The notes below the pieces were generated by a model, which saw nothing but the letters and a program-made list of their open reading frames with translations, searched no databases and had not been told where the DNA came from. A stretch of DNA of 49,329 nt from contig NC_068985.1 of the NCBI RefSeq assembly GCF_001194135.2, positions 10,845,092-10,894,420 of the forward strand. Reading direction: 5' to 3'. The position numbers and the translations under genes are program-made. The stretch is from Octopus bimaculoides (Eukaryota). Positions 47,691 to 49,329 of this stretch are shown here, piece after piece (position 1 is the stretch's first letter; each line of letters starts with the position of its first letter).

Positions 47691-49004
47691 TGTTTGATAG
47701 GGCCTGAAAGTGTATTTTAGGATTGATGAGCGAAATTGTTTCGCACATGACGTAGAGATATTCTGTAAAAATATGAACCCGAAGGCACTGGCCAGTTAAC
47801 TGTCGAGTGGTCAAGAGATGAGGGGAAATATCCAAATAATTTTTTCATACACAGTTTAGGCAGCAGAGGACAATTAGTCATATCGCAAAATATTCTTTAT
47901 GAATATGTGTTTTTTTTTTCTATAAAGCTATAAAAAGACAGCATAATTGAAATTAAGCAATGAATAAATATATCAGTCACTCATTGGAATTATCCCTCAA
48001 GACTTGCTGAAATTTCATTTGACTGTAAAGTGTCACTTCCCGCTATATTTAGAAAATGAGACGCCTGTATCTGATACATTGTATAAATCATGTATCTATG
48101 CAGGGGGCTTGTTTTGTTTTTTTTATCATCCATCACTAATTTTAATTTTTATTTTCTCTTAGATCACTTTCCTAATATTTCCGTATTGCCAGATAAACAT
48201 TCATGATTTAACTATTGTGTGAAAAAAAGTAAGACACAGCTGGCTTTGGAACAGAAGAGAGAGGAGAGAGACAATGTTTGTGAAACAATGGAAAACAGAT
48301 AAATGAAACTATTTAACATAAATGAAAGTGAGTCTGTGTTTAAATGACATGTAAGAAAGAAATGTTGAAACGAAGACTTCATTCTCGCAGTTTTATGTAA
48401 AAGTATATAACACAATAATTGAACAGCTTAACGTGAGCTTTCAAAATTCGGAACTATTGAAATTCTTTCAAGTTGTACGATGTCCATCACTATGTGAGTT
48501 TAGAAAACGATTTCTAGAGCTTGCTGTGTAAGTATAAGAATTTATTTGATTTTGATACGCTTAGATAAGTTTAAAAATTATACATTACAACATTTTCGAG
48601 TTTTACATCGGGAAAATTTTTCGTGAAAGTGTAAAGGATGTAAAATCATTCATTTCTAGTGGTTCACGAAGTAACTTGACTTTCAACTGAATTAATATAA
48701 TCAAGATGAAGAAGGAATGCAACATTCAGCTCCTCAATAAACTGAAATGAGGATTATTACACAATCTTTGAAGACATCGACACGCATTACTTCAAAGTTG
48801 CTGATATTTATGCACTTAAGCAACAACAATTCCATTAAATTACAATTCAAATTGCACGTTAAGATAACAATTAATTGTAATACGTCCTGTTTGATGTGTC
48901 AAATGAAATTGCTTTGTGCACTTCTTTTCCTCCATTTCAAGACGCCATTAATGTGTATGTAAATGTATGTGCATATGTATGAATCCATACAAATGTGCAT
49001 GAAG

Positions 49005-49059
<55 letters not shown>

Positions 49060-49140
49060 GTCTGTCTGTCTGTCTGTCTGTCTCTATCTATCTATCTATC
49101 TGTCTATCTGTCTGTCTTTCTGTCTGTCTGTCTGTCTGTC

Positions 49141-49206
<66 letters not shown>
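49005..49206. repeat. (TCTA)/(TCTG)n compound microsatellite
   Basis: Direct reading. Confidence 0.96.
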
Positions 49207-49209
<3 letters not shown>

Positions 49210-49329
49210 TACTGTCGTGTATGAAACACAAATTTCGACTTCAACTATGCTTAAATTAGGTTGTGTAAATGTACGTGGCTTGGCGTCAGCTTGGAAGCAA
49301 GGTTACCTTCTAAATGACATCAAGTCACA

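Overview
AT-rich eukaryotic, repeat-dominated DNA with seven N gaps, most at microsatellites. The SINE, Penelope and microsatellite content suggests an octopus genome; this is inferred from repeat content only. I found no host protein-coding exon. Most listed ORFs are microsatellite or N-gap artefacts, and the rest are decayed transposon remnants: a Tc1 with DD36E spacing, three mariners, CR1/L2-type LINE 3' ends, an RTE end, two Penelope fragments, a Helitron/PIF1 helicase fragment and an L1/Tx1-type ORF1 with a CCHC knuckle. Several tRNA-derived SINE families are present in many copies. The strongest hunt result is a set of hammerhead-ribozyme (HHR)-like motifs. They include a tRNA-headed SINE-like element with a 3' minimal HHR, a tandem pair of HHR-like cores each carrying an extra hairpin, and a recurrent CUGUUGA core variant. 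Other highlights are an 18-bp minisatellite that arose inside a mariner ORF, a codon-precise inversion inside another mariner, and a 3' tail shared by a LINE and a SINE. All alignments, translations and folds were done by eye, so coordinates of decayed elements are approximate.
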